Shown: positions 25,991 through 34,755 of the stretch, piece after piece
Layout of the letters: the number at the start of each line of letters is the position of its first letter
How positions within the stretch are numbered: position 1 is the stretch's first letter
Source: an uncultured Acidimicrobiia bacterium
Lineage (GTDB): Bacteria; Actinomycetota; Acidimicrobiia; Spongiisociales; JAOTWH01
Direction: 5' to 3'
Assembly: GCA_964195995.1 (NCBI GenBank)
Contig: CAXMQS010000049.1
Coordinates: 407-64,406, forward strand
Length of the DNA: 64,000 nucleotides
Position numbers and translations under genes: made by a program
Notes under the pieces: model-generated
Database searches by the model: none
Told to the model about the DNA's origin: nothing
What the model saw: the letters and a program-made list of their open reading frames with translations, nothing else

Positions 25991-27321
25991 CAGGCCAGAC
26001 TGTCACGCCGAAGCCCCAACATCCAGTCGGCATCGGGGCGGTTTCAGGGGGTAGGTTCATCGAGCGCAGCAGGAGGTGCCGCCTGACAGATAGGTCCCGA
26101 ATCGGCGGATTCGCCAATCTCGGCGTCGCGCCCGACGATCCCGATCATGTGGTGCTCCAGAAACAGCTGCTGGTGTTCTCGTCCGTGATGATCGGCACAG
26201 CCGCGTTGATTTGGGGATTGGCCTACCTCGCCCTTGGAGTGCCCGTCGCGGCCTCGATCCCACTCACTTATGCGGCGCTATCGACGGGCTCGATCGCCCT
26301 GTTCGCCAGACACAAGCGGAATCAGCTCTTTCGATCGAGTCAACTCGCCCTCATGCTGCTCCTGCCTTTCTTCCTCTCTCTCGCCCTCGGCGGGATCGCT
26401 AACTCATCGGGCGTTGTGCTGTGGTCGTTCATCAGCCCCTTGGGAGCGCTGGTGTTCGGGGGTGGAGTCCGTCTGTGGTTCGGTGGTTTCGCCTCCGTCG
26501 TGATCGCTGCCGGAATCCTGGAGCCCATCCTCGACGCCGAACCCACCCTCTCGCCAGGGGTTGTCACTGTCTTCGGAGTCATGAACATCGTCGTCGTTTC
26601 CTCGATCGTCTACGTCCTGCTGCAGTACTTCACCAGCCAGCGGGAGAGCGCGTTCAACCTTCTCGCCGTGGAGCAGGAGAAGTCGGAAGCGCTGCTTCTC
26701 AACATCCTCCCTAAAAAGATCGCCGAGGCACTCAAGCAGTCACCGGCCACCATCGCCGATCACTTCGAAGGGGCCAGCGTGTTGTTCGCGGACGTTGTTG
26801 AGTTCACTCCGATGTCCGCCGAGATGACGCCAGACGAACTCGTCGGCCTGCTCAATGAGGTGTTCACCTATTTCGACGAGGTGGCCCAAGAGCACGGGAT
26901 AGAGAAGATCAAGACGATCGGTGACTCCTACATGGCCGCCGCCGGCGTTCCGACGCCTCGACCCGATCACGCCCACGCTCTCACTCGGATGGCACTTCAG
27001 GTGAGGGACTACTTCAGAGCCAACGACATCCAGGGCCGACGTCTCGCCTTTCGCATGGGGATCAACTCGGGTCCGCTGGTGGGAGGAGTCATCGGTACTC
27101 GCAAGTTCATCTACGACCTCTGGGGGGACGCCGTCAACACCGCCAGCCGAATGGAGTCGCACGGTTCACAGGGAGCAATCCAGATCACCCAGGCCACCCA
27201 CGACCTGATCAAGGACGACTTCGAATGCGAACATCGGGGCACCCTTGACGTGAAGGGCAAGGGCGAGATGGAAGTGTGGCACGTCGTAAGGGAGCGCAGC
27301 CCTGTCAGATCGGCGGTGTAG
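25918..27321 (+). CDS. membrane-anchored class III adenylate/guanylate cyclase; start uncertain
   Basis: ORF track 467 aa. About 6 TM, then a cyclase homology domain (ASVLFADVVEFT...KTIGDSYMAAAG...WGDAVNTASRMES). Start options are TTG 25918 (overlaps the divergent permease by 73 nt), CTG 26083 (AGGAGG 6 nt upstream) and GTG 26149. Confidence 0.85.
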   Translation: MPGWRPAGPAARPQERSITSGDVAPGQTVTPKPQHPVGIGAVSGGRFIERSRRCRLTDRSRIGGFANLGVAPDDPDHVVLQKQLLVFSSVMIGTAALIWGLAYLALGVPVAASIPLTYAALSTGSIALFARHKRNQLFRSSQLALMLLLPFFLSLALGGIANSSGVVLWSFISPLGALVFGGGVRLWFGGFASVVIAAGILEPILDAEPTLSPGVVTVFGVMNIVVVSSIVYVLLQYFTSQRESAFNLLAVEQEKSEALLLNILPKKIAEALKQSPATIADHFEGASVLFADVVEFTPMSAEMTPDELVGLLNEVFTYFDEVAQEHGIEKIKTIGDSYMAAAGVPTPRPDHAHALTRMALQVRDYFRANDIQGRRLAFRMGINSGPLVGGVIGTRKFIYDLWGDAVNTASRMESHGSQGAIQITQATHDLIKDDFECEHRGTLDVKGKGEMEVWHVVRERSPVRSAV

Positions 27322-27386
27322 AGGTCTCCCGACGCGGCCCCGCCCCAACCGCAGCCATCTGGCCCGTCATCGCTCCCCAGCCCCGA

Positions 27387-28793
27387 CTAGTCGTAGACGT
27401 GGAACGGCATGCCGACGAAGAGGTGGCCATCCATCCAGTCGGCTTCCCAATTGGGGATACGAATGCATCCGTGCGACGCCGGGTAAGACGGGACGCTCGG
27501 CGAGCCATGGATGGCATAACCGCCCGAGAAATACCAGGGCTTGTACAGCACTCCCAGGTACGAGATGCGGAGGCCGTTGATGTGACGCTGGATCTTGAAA
27601 TCGCCGCGTGGGGTGCGAGCCCTGATCAGACTGTCGTTCTGTCCTTCGAAGAGCGAACCGTTGCCGGAGCTGATGGGGACGATCGCCGTGACAATCCCGT
27701 TCTCGACGAGGTAGGCGACCTGTTTGCCGAGATCGACCTCTAGCCGATTGGGCTCGTCGGGGCGGTTCGGAATATCGGGGCCGGCGTAGGCGGCGAGCCG
27801 AGCCCAATCTGCTGCCTGCCAGTCCCATGACCTGGTGAGCCCCTGGTCCTTGTGGAAGGCCATCACGGCCTGGCGGGTGGCTGACCCGTAGTTGCCATCG
27901 CTGGCCACCCGCAAGAACCCTCTGGCGGCGAGCATCTGTTGCAGTTGCGCCACCAGCGGCCCCGAGCTTCCAGCGACAACCGCAACAGTTGGCAGCGCTG
28001 GCGGAGCTGCGCCGCCCCCAGGGAGAGGACCGAAGTTGCCCGCCACCGGCACCAGCGCCCCGTTGCCGTATGCAACCGGACTAGTGATGCCATCGAGGTG
28101 GAAGGCACCGTCGACAGGTCGGAAGACCCCGAGGCGAGTTGAGCCAGAACCGCTCCAATCGCCGGCGACGAGTGAGTCGTAGGGGTTGCCAAAGGGGATC
28201 ACCTCAGCCGGGAGTTCCAGACTCGGGAGATAGGTCACGGTCGCAGCGGACCGATCGTGCATGCCCACTTCATCGACGCCATCGCCGTCGTAGTCAGCAG
28301 CCATCGCCGTATGGGAAGCACTGCCGAAGGCGAAGGAGAAGTCGGCGGCCCCGAGGCCGGTTCCGGCGGACCCGAGGTGGTTGATCACGTGAACGGTGGC
28401 ATCCGACGGACGGAAGATGGAAACCGTGTCGCAGCCGTCGCCGTTAAGGTCGCCCGCCACCGGCCGGTCCCCGGGGTTCCCGAAGAAGAACTCGACATCG
28501 GCCAAGCCCTGGGTGTTGCTGTTGCGCAGGTAGACGAAGCCGTCCGACTGGCGATACAAGCCGGGCGTGTCAACGCCGTCACAGTCCCAGTCGCCGATGA
28601 ACGGCAGGTCGCCCGGATTCCCGAAGTAGAAGCCCGTGGTGGCTCCGATGGCGTCGCGTAGATACCAGTAGCCATTGGCAGTATCGACTACACCGATGGT
28701 GTGGAGCGGGGTCGCAGCGGCGACCGGCGCCACGGCGGGCACGGCCAAGCCTCCGACCAATGCCAAAGCTATCCCTACGTGCCTGACCCTCAT
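27387..28793 (-). CDS. secreted L,D-transpeptidase (YkuD) with FG-GAP/VCBS-like repeats and a peptidoglycan-binding domain
   Basis: ATG 28793 (MRVRHVGIALALVGGLAVPAVAPVAAA, a signal peptide). Four FGNPGD-x-P-x-xGDW-x-GDG-x-D repeats, a PG_binding_1-like segment, and C-terminal HGSPSVPSYPASHGCIRI. Confidence 0.85.
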   Translation of the reverse strand: MRVRHVGIALALVGGLAVPAVAPVAAATPLHTIGVVDTANGYWYLRDAIGATTGFYFGNPGDLPFIGDWDCDGVDTPGLYRQSDGFVYLRNSNTQGLADVEFFFGNPGDRPVAGDLNGDGCDTVSIFRPSDATVHVINHLGSAGTGLGAADFSFAFGSASHTAMAADYDGDGVDEVGMHDRSAATVTYLPSLELPAEVIPFGNPYDSLVAGDWSGSGSTRLGVFRPVDGAFHLDGITSPVAYGNGALVPVAGNFGPLPGGGAAPPALPTVAVVAGSSGPLVAQLQQMLAARGFLRVASDGNYGSATRQAVMAFHKDQGLTRSWDWQAADWARLAAYAGPDIPNRPDEPNRLEVDLGKQVAYLVENGIVTAIVPISSGNGSLFEGQNDSLIRARTPRGDFKIQRHINGLRISYLGVLYKPWYFSGGYAIHGSPSVPSYPASHGCIRIPNWEADWMDGHLFVGMPFHVYD

Positions 28794-28920
28794 CGTGGTC
28801 GACCTTAATCGAAAAGGCGCCAGGCGTGGGGAATCTCGCTGTCTCGTCGTCGTATCAACCTGCCGAACGCATCTAGCGCCGTTGCCGATGGCGCCTCTAC
28901 GGTTGCCTCGGAGGTGGAAC

Positions 28921-29055
28921 ATGGCAGACACCTACAAGCCAACGAACGACGAGATAGTGAAGATGCTCAATCAGATCGTTAGTGAGCTCGCCGATGTGAA
29001 GAGCGCCCAGAAGCAACTCGCAACCGACGTTGCCCAGCTCGTCAAGTCGTCGTAG
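28921..29055 (+). CDS. candidate small protein, 44 aa, predicted single amphipathic helix
   Basis: ATG 28921 has GGAGGTG ending 5 nt upstream. Translation: MADTYKPTNDEIVKMLNQIVSELADVKSAQKQLATDVAQLVKSS. Its stop abuts the convergent fadE stop. Appears only as the tail of track ORF 28675..29055. Confidence 0.35.
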   Translation: MADTYKPTNDEIVKMLNQIVSELADVKSAQKQLATDVAQLVKSS

Positions 29056-30864
29056 CTAGAAGGCCTCGTCTGGGAGGTCCATCAGGGCACCGTCTTCGGC
29101 CTCGGCCCAGCGCAGGCGCATCGAGACCTTGCGGAGAGCGGTGCGATTGAAGAACCGAGCGGCCGCCACCTTGCCTTCGTAGAACTCCTTGTCGGCACCT
29201 GGATCGGCTGCGAGAGCAGCCTGAGCAACCTCGGCATGGCGCAGCAGCAACCAGGCAACGACGACTTCGGAGAGGCTCCACAGCAGGTGGTTGGACAGAA
29301 GGCCTGCCTTGTAGAGCTCGGCTGGCTCTTCCTGGGAAGCCATGGCGTGTCCGACCATGATCCCCAGGTGGGCCTGGGCGTCCTCGAGGGCCGTGGCGAG
29401 CGCTTCGCGCTCAAGGGTGAAAGCGTCATCGGCGGCGCCGCCCTTGACGGTCTCCATGATCTCACCGGCGAAGCGAGTGAGCGTGGCGCCCTGGTCCTTG
29501 ACGATCTTGCGGAAGAAGAGGTCGAGCGCCTGGATGCCGGTCGTTCCCTCATAGAGGGTGTCGATCTTGGCGTCGCGGATGTACTGCTCGATCGGGTAGT
29601 CCTTGGTGAATCCCGAGCCGCCGAACACCTGAAGCGACTGCGCCAGGACCTCGTATGCCTTCTCCGATGAGTAGCCCTTGACCATGGGGAGCAGCAGGTC
29701 GCTGAGCTTGTCCCAGTACTCGTCTTCGGGGAAGCGCTCCTTCTGATCCTGAACCCAGCCGGTGTAGTAGACGATGGCCCGCATTCCTTCGGCGTGGGCC
29801 TTCTGCAGCATCAGCATCCGGCGAACGTCCGGGTGGCGAATGATCGGGACCCGAGGCGCCTCGGGGTCGCGGGCCTGGGTCAGGTCGGGACCCTGCACAC
29901 GCTCCTTGGCGAATTCGAGGGCGTTGAGATAGCCGGTGGACAGGGTCGCCATCGACTTGGCGCCGATGAGCATCCGCGCCTCCTCGATCACCATGAACAT
30001 CTGCCGAATCCCGTCATGGACGCCGCCGACGAGGTAGCCGACCGCCGGCGCATCCTGGCCGAAGGTCATCTCGCAGGTGGCCGAGGCCTTGATGCCCATC
30101 TTGTCCTCGAGGTTTGTGACGTAAACACCGTTGCGCTCGCCAAGCGAGCCGTCCTCGTTGACCATGAACTTGGGCACGATGAACATCGAGAGGCCCTTGG
30201 TGCCGGGACCGTCGCCCTCGGCTCTGGCGAGAACACAATGGATGGTGTTCTCGAAGTAGTCGGCATCACCTGAGGTGATGAAGCGTTTGACGCCCTCGAG
30301 GTGATAGACGTCGCCATCGACGTGGATGGCCTTGGTGGTGCCGGCCCCTACATCGGAGCCAGCGTCAGCCTCGGTCAGCACCATCGTGCCTCCCCAAGGG
30401 CCATCGACCATCGGTACGGCGAACCGTGCCTTTTGCTCGGGAGTGCCGACGGCGGCGATGACGGCCGCCATCAAGCCACCGCTGAGGTAGAGATAGGCGG
30501 AAGGGTTGGCACCGACGAGCAGCTCAGTGACGGCCCAGCGCAACGAGGCGGGGGCGCCGAACCCCTCGATCCACTGTGGGAGCATGAACTTGTGCCACTC
30601 GCCCTCGTGGTAGGCGGCCAGGCTGGCCTTGATGCCTTCCGGCAGAGCGACCTCGCCATGGGTCAGGGTCAACGGCACCCGATCGCCTTCGACGAAGCTG
30701 GCGGCGAACTCCTCGCGGGAGAGGCGGTCGACTTCGCGCAAGGCGTCTGCGGCGACCTCCTCGTCTATCGCCTCCCAGGGAGCGCTCCCGAGGTAGTCGT
30801 CGACCTTGAGAAACTCGAAGAGGTTGAAGAAAACATCTCGAAGGTTGGTCTTGTAGTGGCTCAT
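29056..30864 (-). CDS. fadE: large acyl-CoA dehydrogenase (FadE-type with extended C-terminal domain)
   Basis: ORF track 602 aa. ACAD N-terminal, middle and C-terminal domains (LTEADAGSD..., YEGTTGIQALD). Confidence 0.9.
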   Translation of the reverse strand: MSHYKTNLRDVFFNLFEFLKVDDYLGSAPWEAIDEEVAADALREVDRLSREEFAASFVEGDRVPLTLTHGEVALPEGIKASLAAYHEGEWHKFMLPQWIEGFGAPASLRWAVTELLVGANPSAYLYLSGGLMAAVIAAVGTPEQKARFAVPMVDGPWGGTMVLTEADAGSDVGAGTTKAIHVDGDVYHLEGVKRFITSGDADYFENTIHCVLARAEGDGPGTKGLSMFIVPKFMVNEDGSLGERNGVYVTNLEDKMGIKASATCEMTFGQDAPAVGYLVGGVHDGIRQMFMVIEEARMLIGAKSMATLSTGYLNALEFAKERVQGPDLTQARDPEAPRVPIIRHPDVRRMLMLQKAHAEGMRAIVYYTGWVQDQKERFPEDEYWDKLSDLLLPMVKGYSSEKAYEVLAQSLQVFGGSGFTKDYPIEQYIRDAKIDTLYEGTTGIQALDLFFRKIVKDQGATLTRFAGEIMETVKGGAADDAFTLEREALATALEDAQAHLGIMVGHAMASQEEPAELYKAGLLSNHLLWSLSEVVVAWLLLRHAEVAQAALAADPGADKEFYEGKVAAARFFNRTALRKVSMRLRWAEAEDGALMDLPDEAF

Positions 30865-30884
30865 GACATCTCCGTGCTTAGTCC

Positions 30885-30896
30885 TACTACATAGTA
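30885..30896. promoter_or_regulatory. short palindrome TACTAcaTAGTA, candidate TetR operator in the fadE/tetR divergent region
   Basis: Perfect 5+5 inverted repeat in an AT-rich 120-bp divergent intergenic region, 21 nt upstream of the fadE start codon. Confidence 0.25.
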
Positions 30897-30984
30897 CGCT
30901 GAAACTTGAGCAAAGATTCCAATTCTGAGACGTGGTCCCACAGATTCATTGTCGGGATAGCGACAGGGGCCCTTGAGGAGGCGA

Positions 30985-31533
30985 ATGGCGCGGTACCGAG
31001 CCGGCCTGGAAACACGAGATCGGATTCTGGGAGCAGTGCGCACCCTGCTGTCGAGCAACGGGCTCGAGGGGACAACGATCAAGGCCATCTGCGCGGCCGC
31101 AGGGATTCAGGCGGGCAGCTTCTACAACCTCTTCGAGGGAAAGGAACAAGCCATCCTCGCCGTTGTGCGCCAGGCCATCGGTGCCGTTGACCCCGACCCC
31201 GACCACCACGGCACAGACACGGTCGAAGAGCTCACAGCCGCCTACGTGGACTTCATCACTTCGCAGCCCGACCTGGCCAGGGTCTACATCCGCATCGGTG
31301 TTGGCGCAGGGCTCGGCGGTGGCCACAGCGGTGAGACATTCCTCGCCCACCATCGACGGCGCGTAGAACGCTTCGCGGCGGCGATAGCCCGGGGCAACAA
31401 AGCCGCCGACGCCACCAGGCAGGCTGAGGTCATGCTGGCGGCCCTCAACGGCCTGGCGGTGCAGTGGCTGCTCGATAGCGACACCGACTTCGAGGGCCTG
31501 GCCAAGCTGGCCGCCGGCAGGGTCGCCTCGTGA
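30985..31533 (+). CDS. TetR/AcrR-family transcriptional regulator
   Basis: MARYRAGLETRDRILGAVRTLLSSNGLEGTTIKAICAAAGIQAGSFYNLF is a TetR-type HTH. ATG 30985 follows GAGGAGG. The track ORF starts at TTG 30973. Confidence 0.85.
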   Translation: MARYRAGLETRDRILGAVRTLLSSNGLEGTTIKAICAAAGIQAGSFYNLFEGKEQAILAVVRQAIGAVDPDPDHHGTDTVEELTAAYVDFITSQPDLARVYIRIGVGAGLGGGHSGETFLAHHRRRVERFAAAIARGNKAADATRQAEVMLAALNGLAVQWLLDSDTDFEGLAKLAAGRVAS

Positions 31534-31546
31534 TAGTTCCCTGGAC

Positions 31547-32071
31547 ATGACCCCACTGGATTACCTGCGGCTGACGCTGGATCCTGTTCGCCTGGCCGTG
31601 CTGGGGAGAGCGACCGAGGGACCCGTCGACACCGCGGCCGTTGCGGAAGCGCTCGGGGTGCCGCTCAAGAAGGCCCAGGAGGCAGTCGGCGCCTTGCGAG
31701 GCGCGGGTCTCATCGACCATGAGCTGCGGCTGGACCGATCCGCGCTGCGTGCTATCGCCGAGTCTCTCCCCCAGTTCGAGCCGGCGGCGGTGCCCGAAGG
31801 CCCGTGGACTGCAGACGAGGTGCAGATCCTCGCCAGGTTCTTCGAGGGTTCCCGCCTGCGAGAGATCCCGACCCAAGCGGCCAAGCGCCGGGTGGTCCTG
31901 GAGCGACTGGTCCTGGAGTTCGAACCCGGTGTCCGCTACCCCGAACGCGACATCAACCTGACCCTGCAGCTCTTCCATGACGACTACGCGGCGCTGCGCC
32001 GCTACCTGGTAGACGAGCAGTTGATGACCCGAGTCGACGGCGTCTACTGGCGCAGCGGCGGAAGGGTCTAG
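31547..32071 (+). CDS. DUF2087-domain protein (putative transcription-factor-like)
   Basis: ORF track 174 aa. C-terminal RYPERDINLTLQLFHDDYAALRRYLVDEQLMTR matches my memory of the DUF2087 pattern. Confidence 0.7.
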   Translation: MTPLDYLRLTLDPVRLAVLGRATEGPVDTAAVAEALGVPLKKAQEAVGALRGAGLIDHELRLDRSALRAIAESLPQFEPAAVPEGPWTADEVQILARFFEGSRLREIPTQAAKRRVVLERLVLEFEPGVRYPERDINLTLQLFHDDYAALRRYLVDEQLMTRVDGVYWRSGGRV

Positions 32072-32157
32072 CCACGGCTGGCAGGGGGGCTGGCAGGGGT
32101 TCTGAGGGTCCCGATCGTCGCCGGTGGCTGAGCGATCCCCGACGAAGCTGGGTCGGA

Positions 32158-32841
32158 CTAGAGGCTCTCTACCCAGGCGCCGAAGAAGGCCTCGGCAACC
32201 AGGCGACTCGCATGACGCTGCTTCTCGACGGATCCGAGCAGCATTTCGCCGTCAAAGCCGTGATCGGCCAGCCAATCGGGATGCGAGTCCACCCACCCCT
32301 TTGCGATCTCGGGTGAGGCCTCAGGGTGCGGCTGGATGCCGAGCACCGTGCCGAGGCGGAAGGCCATTGGGTACCTAGGCGAGCGCGCCAGCTCGGTGGC
32401 GGCGGGGGGCGGCTCCCAGGTGTCCTGGTGCCAGACCAGGACCGGGCCGTCGAGATGACGCGCCACAGGATCTTCTCTCCCCGCATCGGTGAGGGTGACC
32501 TCGAGTACCTCGACCTCGGGCTGGGGTGCCAGGAACGCCTCGCCGCCGAGCGCGTCTGCGGCTAGCTGACCGCCGAGGCAAACGCCGAGAACGGGCATCT
32601 GGCGACGGGCTGCTTCTCGGACCAGTTCCTTCTCGTCACGTAGGTAGGGATAGATGGCCTCGTCGTAGGCGCCCATCTTTCCCCCAAGTACCACGACCGC
32701 GGATAGAGCGTCGAGCTCGGGGATAGTTGCCCCCGAGTAGAGAGGCACCTCGATGACCGCCATGGCTGCAGCGTCGAGGACATCGCCGAGACGGCCAAGT
32801 GGAATGTCGTGACCGTGCCGAAGGACCGCAATCGGCTTCAT
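32158..32841 (-). CDS. class I (type 1) glutamine amidotransferase-like protein
   Basis: ORF track 227 aa. VLGVCLGGQL is the nucleophile-elbow Cys motif, and HPE is present near the C-terminus. Confidence 0.8.
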   Translation of the reverse strand: MKPIAVLRHGHDIPLGRLGDVLDAAAMAVIEVPLYSGATIPELDALSAVVVLGGKMGAYDEAIYPYLRDEKELVREAARRQMPVLGVCLGGQLAADALGGEAFLAPQPEVEVLEVTLTDAGREDPVARHLDGPVLVWHQDTWEPPPAATELARSPRYPMAFRLGTVLGIQPHPEASPEIAKGWVDSHPDWLADHGFDGEMLLGSVEKQRHASRLVAEAFFGAWVESL

Positions 32842-32876
32842 ATGAGAAAGCTACTACCCACCTCTAGGGGGGAGAC

Positions 32877-34676
32877 TCATTGACGAGAGGCTCGCAGCTG
32901 GCGGCGCATGACTTTGGCCGAGGCGGTTCGCGGAAGCGTGTCGATCAGCACCACCTCGGCGATCCGGAACAACGGGTTGAGCTGGGCCCCGATCCGAGCC
33001 TGCATCTCGGCTCGCAGCACAGCGGCATCGGGTGACTCGTCCGGCTCGGGAACGGCGAAAACCACTAGCCGGCTCGGACCGCCCGAAGATGGAGACTCGG
33101 CGATGGCAGCGACCTCGACCACGCCATCGACCCCGCCAAGCGCTCGCTCGATCTCAGCCGAGCTGACCTTGATGCCACCAAGGTTCATGGTGTCGTCGAT
33201 GCGGCCATGGGCGTGGAAATAGCCGTCTGCTGTGCGCTCCATGTGGTCGCCGTGACGGCGCAGGCCAGGCCGAGGCACCCCGGCGTAATAGACCTCGTGG
33301 TGGTCCATGTTCAGCAGTTCTGTCGACAGCCCGATGGACGGACCAACGATGAACAACTCCCCCGAGTCTGTCGGCTGTCCGTGCTCATCGGCGATGGCGA
33401 TGTCGAGCCCCAGAGTCGGCGTCGAGAAGGCTCCCGGGATCGCGGGTTGCATCACGCTGCCGGTGATGTAACCGCCGCCGATCTCGGTGCCGCCGCAGTA
33501 CTCGATGACAGGCTTGTTGCCTGCCTGCGCCATCAGCCATGCCATGTCGTCGGCGTTCGACGCCTCACCCGTCGAGGAGAACACCCGAATGCCTGACCAG
33601 TCGCAACCCGCGGTGGCTCGCGTCGATCGCCACGAAGCGACCAGCGACGGCACAACGCCGAGCATCGTCACGCCGGCGTCTTCTACGAACCCCGCGAAGC
33701 CCGGCGTGTTCGGCGCATCGTCGTAGAGAGCCATCGCGGCATCGTTGATCAGCGAGGCGAAGATGAGCCAAGGTCCCATCATCCATCCGAGGTTGGTGGG
33801 CCATGCCACCACATCGCCGGGATGGATGTCGTGGTGGAAGTACCCATCCATGGCGCTCTTGATCGGAGTGAGGTGCGTCCAGGGGATGGCCTTGGGGTCG
33901 CCGGTCGTCCCCGATGAGAACAGGATGTTGAGGTGGGCGTCTGAGTGGAACGGGCTTGGACTCAGCGGGGCCGCCTTATCGCACAACTGTTCCCACGAGA
34001 GATCGGATGGCCGCAGGTCCGCTTCACCCACCACGACAACTCGGCGTCCGCTCGCGGCGACGACCTTCTCATACATCGGGAGCACCTTGCCCGCCCGGCG
34101 AATCTCGTTCGAGGTAACGACGAGCTCGGTGCCGGTGATGCGAAGTCGGGTGGAGATCTCGTCGGCGGCGAAACTGTCTGCGATCGACACCACAACGCCG
34201 CCGCAGGCGGCGACCCCTAGGTAGGCCACAACTGCCTCGAGCGTCATCGGCATGACGATGGCAACCCGATCACCGGGGACAACGCCAAGGGCCACGAAAC
34301 CAGCAGCCGCCCGCCCCACGAGATCGGCGAGGTCGCCATACGTCACCTCGCGTAGCTGGCCGTCCCGCTGGTGGACCACCGCAGTGCTGTCGGCGGGGGC
34401 TGTGAAGCAGGAGTCGACGATGTTGAGCTTGGCCTCGGGAAACCAGCGACCGCTGTCGTCGATGGCCGGGCCCGGCCCTTTCGAGAAGGCGATCCCGAGC
34501 CGCTCGACAACGGCCTCCCAGAAGGCCGGCCGCTGGTCGACCGACCAGCCATGCAGCTCCGCGTAATCGGTCATCCCGCGTTCCGCGATGAAACGCTTCA
34601 GATTCGACGCTGCGATCACGTCCGGCGGTGGTATCCACGACTCCATGGACACCCATGATGCCAATGTCACGCCCAT
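32877..34676 (-). CDS. AMP-forming acyl-CoA synthetase (acetyl/acetoacetyl-CoA synthetase-like)
   Basis: Start is ATG 34676 (GGAGGA 6 nt upstream; MGVTLASWVSMESWIPPPD...). Motifs ILFSSGTTGDPK, YCGGTEIGG and the ACS-like N-terminal domain. The track ORF's 5' extension runs into the divergent gene. Confidence 0.85.
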   Translation of the reverse strand: MGVTLASWVSMESWIPPPDVIAASNLKRFIAERGMTDYAELHGWSVDQRPAFWEAVVERLGIAFSKGPGPAIDDSGRWFPEAKLNIVDSCFTAPADSTAVVHQRDGQLREVTYGDLADLVGRAAAGFVALGVVPGDRVAIVMPMTLEAVVAYLGVAACGGVVVSIADSFAADEISTRLRITGTELVVTSNEIRRAGKVLPMYEKVVAASGRRVVVVGEADLRPSDLSWEQLCDKAAPLSPSPFHSDAHLNILFSSGTTGDPKAIPWTHLTPIKSAMDGYFHHDIHPGDVVAWPTNLGWMMGPWLIFASLINDAAMALYDDAPNTPGFAGFVEDAGVTMLGVVPSLVASWRSTRATAGCDWSGIRVFSSTGEASNADDMAWLMAQAGNKPVIEYCGGTEIGGGYITGSVMQPAIPGAFSTPTLGLDIAIADEHGQPTDSGELFIVGPSIGLSTELLNMDHHEVYYAGVPRPGLRRHGDHMERTADGYFHAHGRIDDTMNLGGIKVSSAEIERALGGVDGVVEVAAIAESPSSGGPSRLVVFAVPEPDESPDAAVLRAEMQARIGAQLNPLFRIAEVVLIDTLPRTASAKVMRRQLRASRQ

Positions 34677-34755
34677 GCTGGGTCCTCCAGAGCGCGAATT
34701 CTGGGGAACCTGAATCCCCCCACTCTCCGTCATAGCCCGACACCACGGAGGAACC

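Noticed and set aside
32077-32100. Direct duplication GGCTGGCAGGGG twice in the convergent gap after the DUF2087 gene.
   Set aside because: It is only 12 nt repeated twice, forms no hairpin and has no recognisable motif. Probably a slippage duplication of no evident function.
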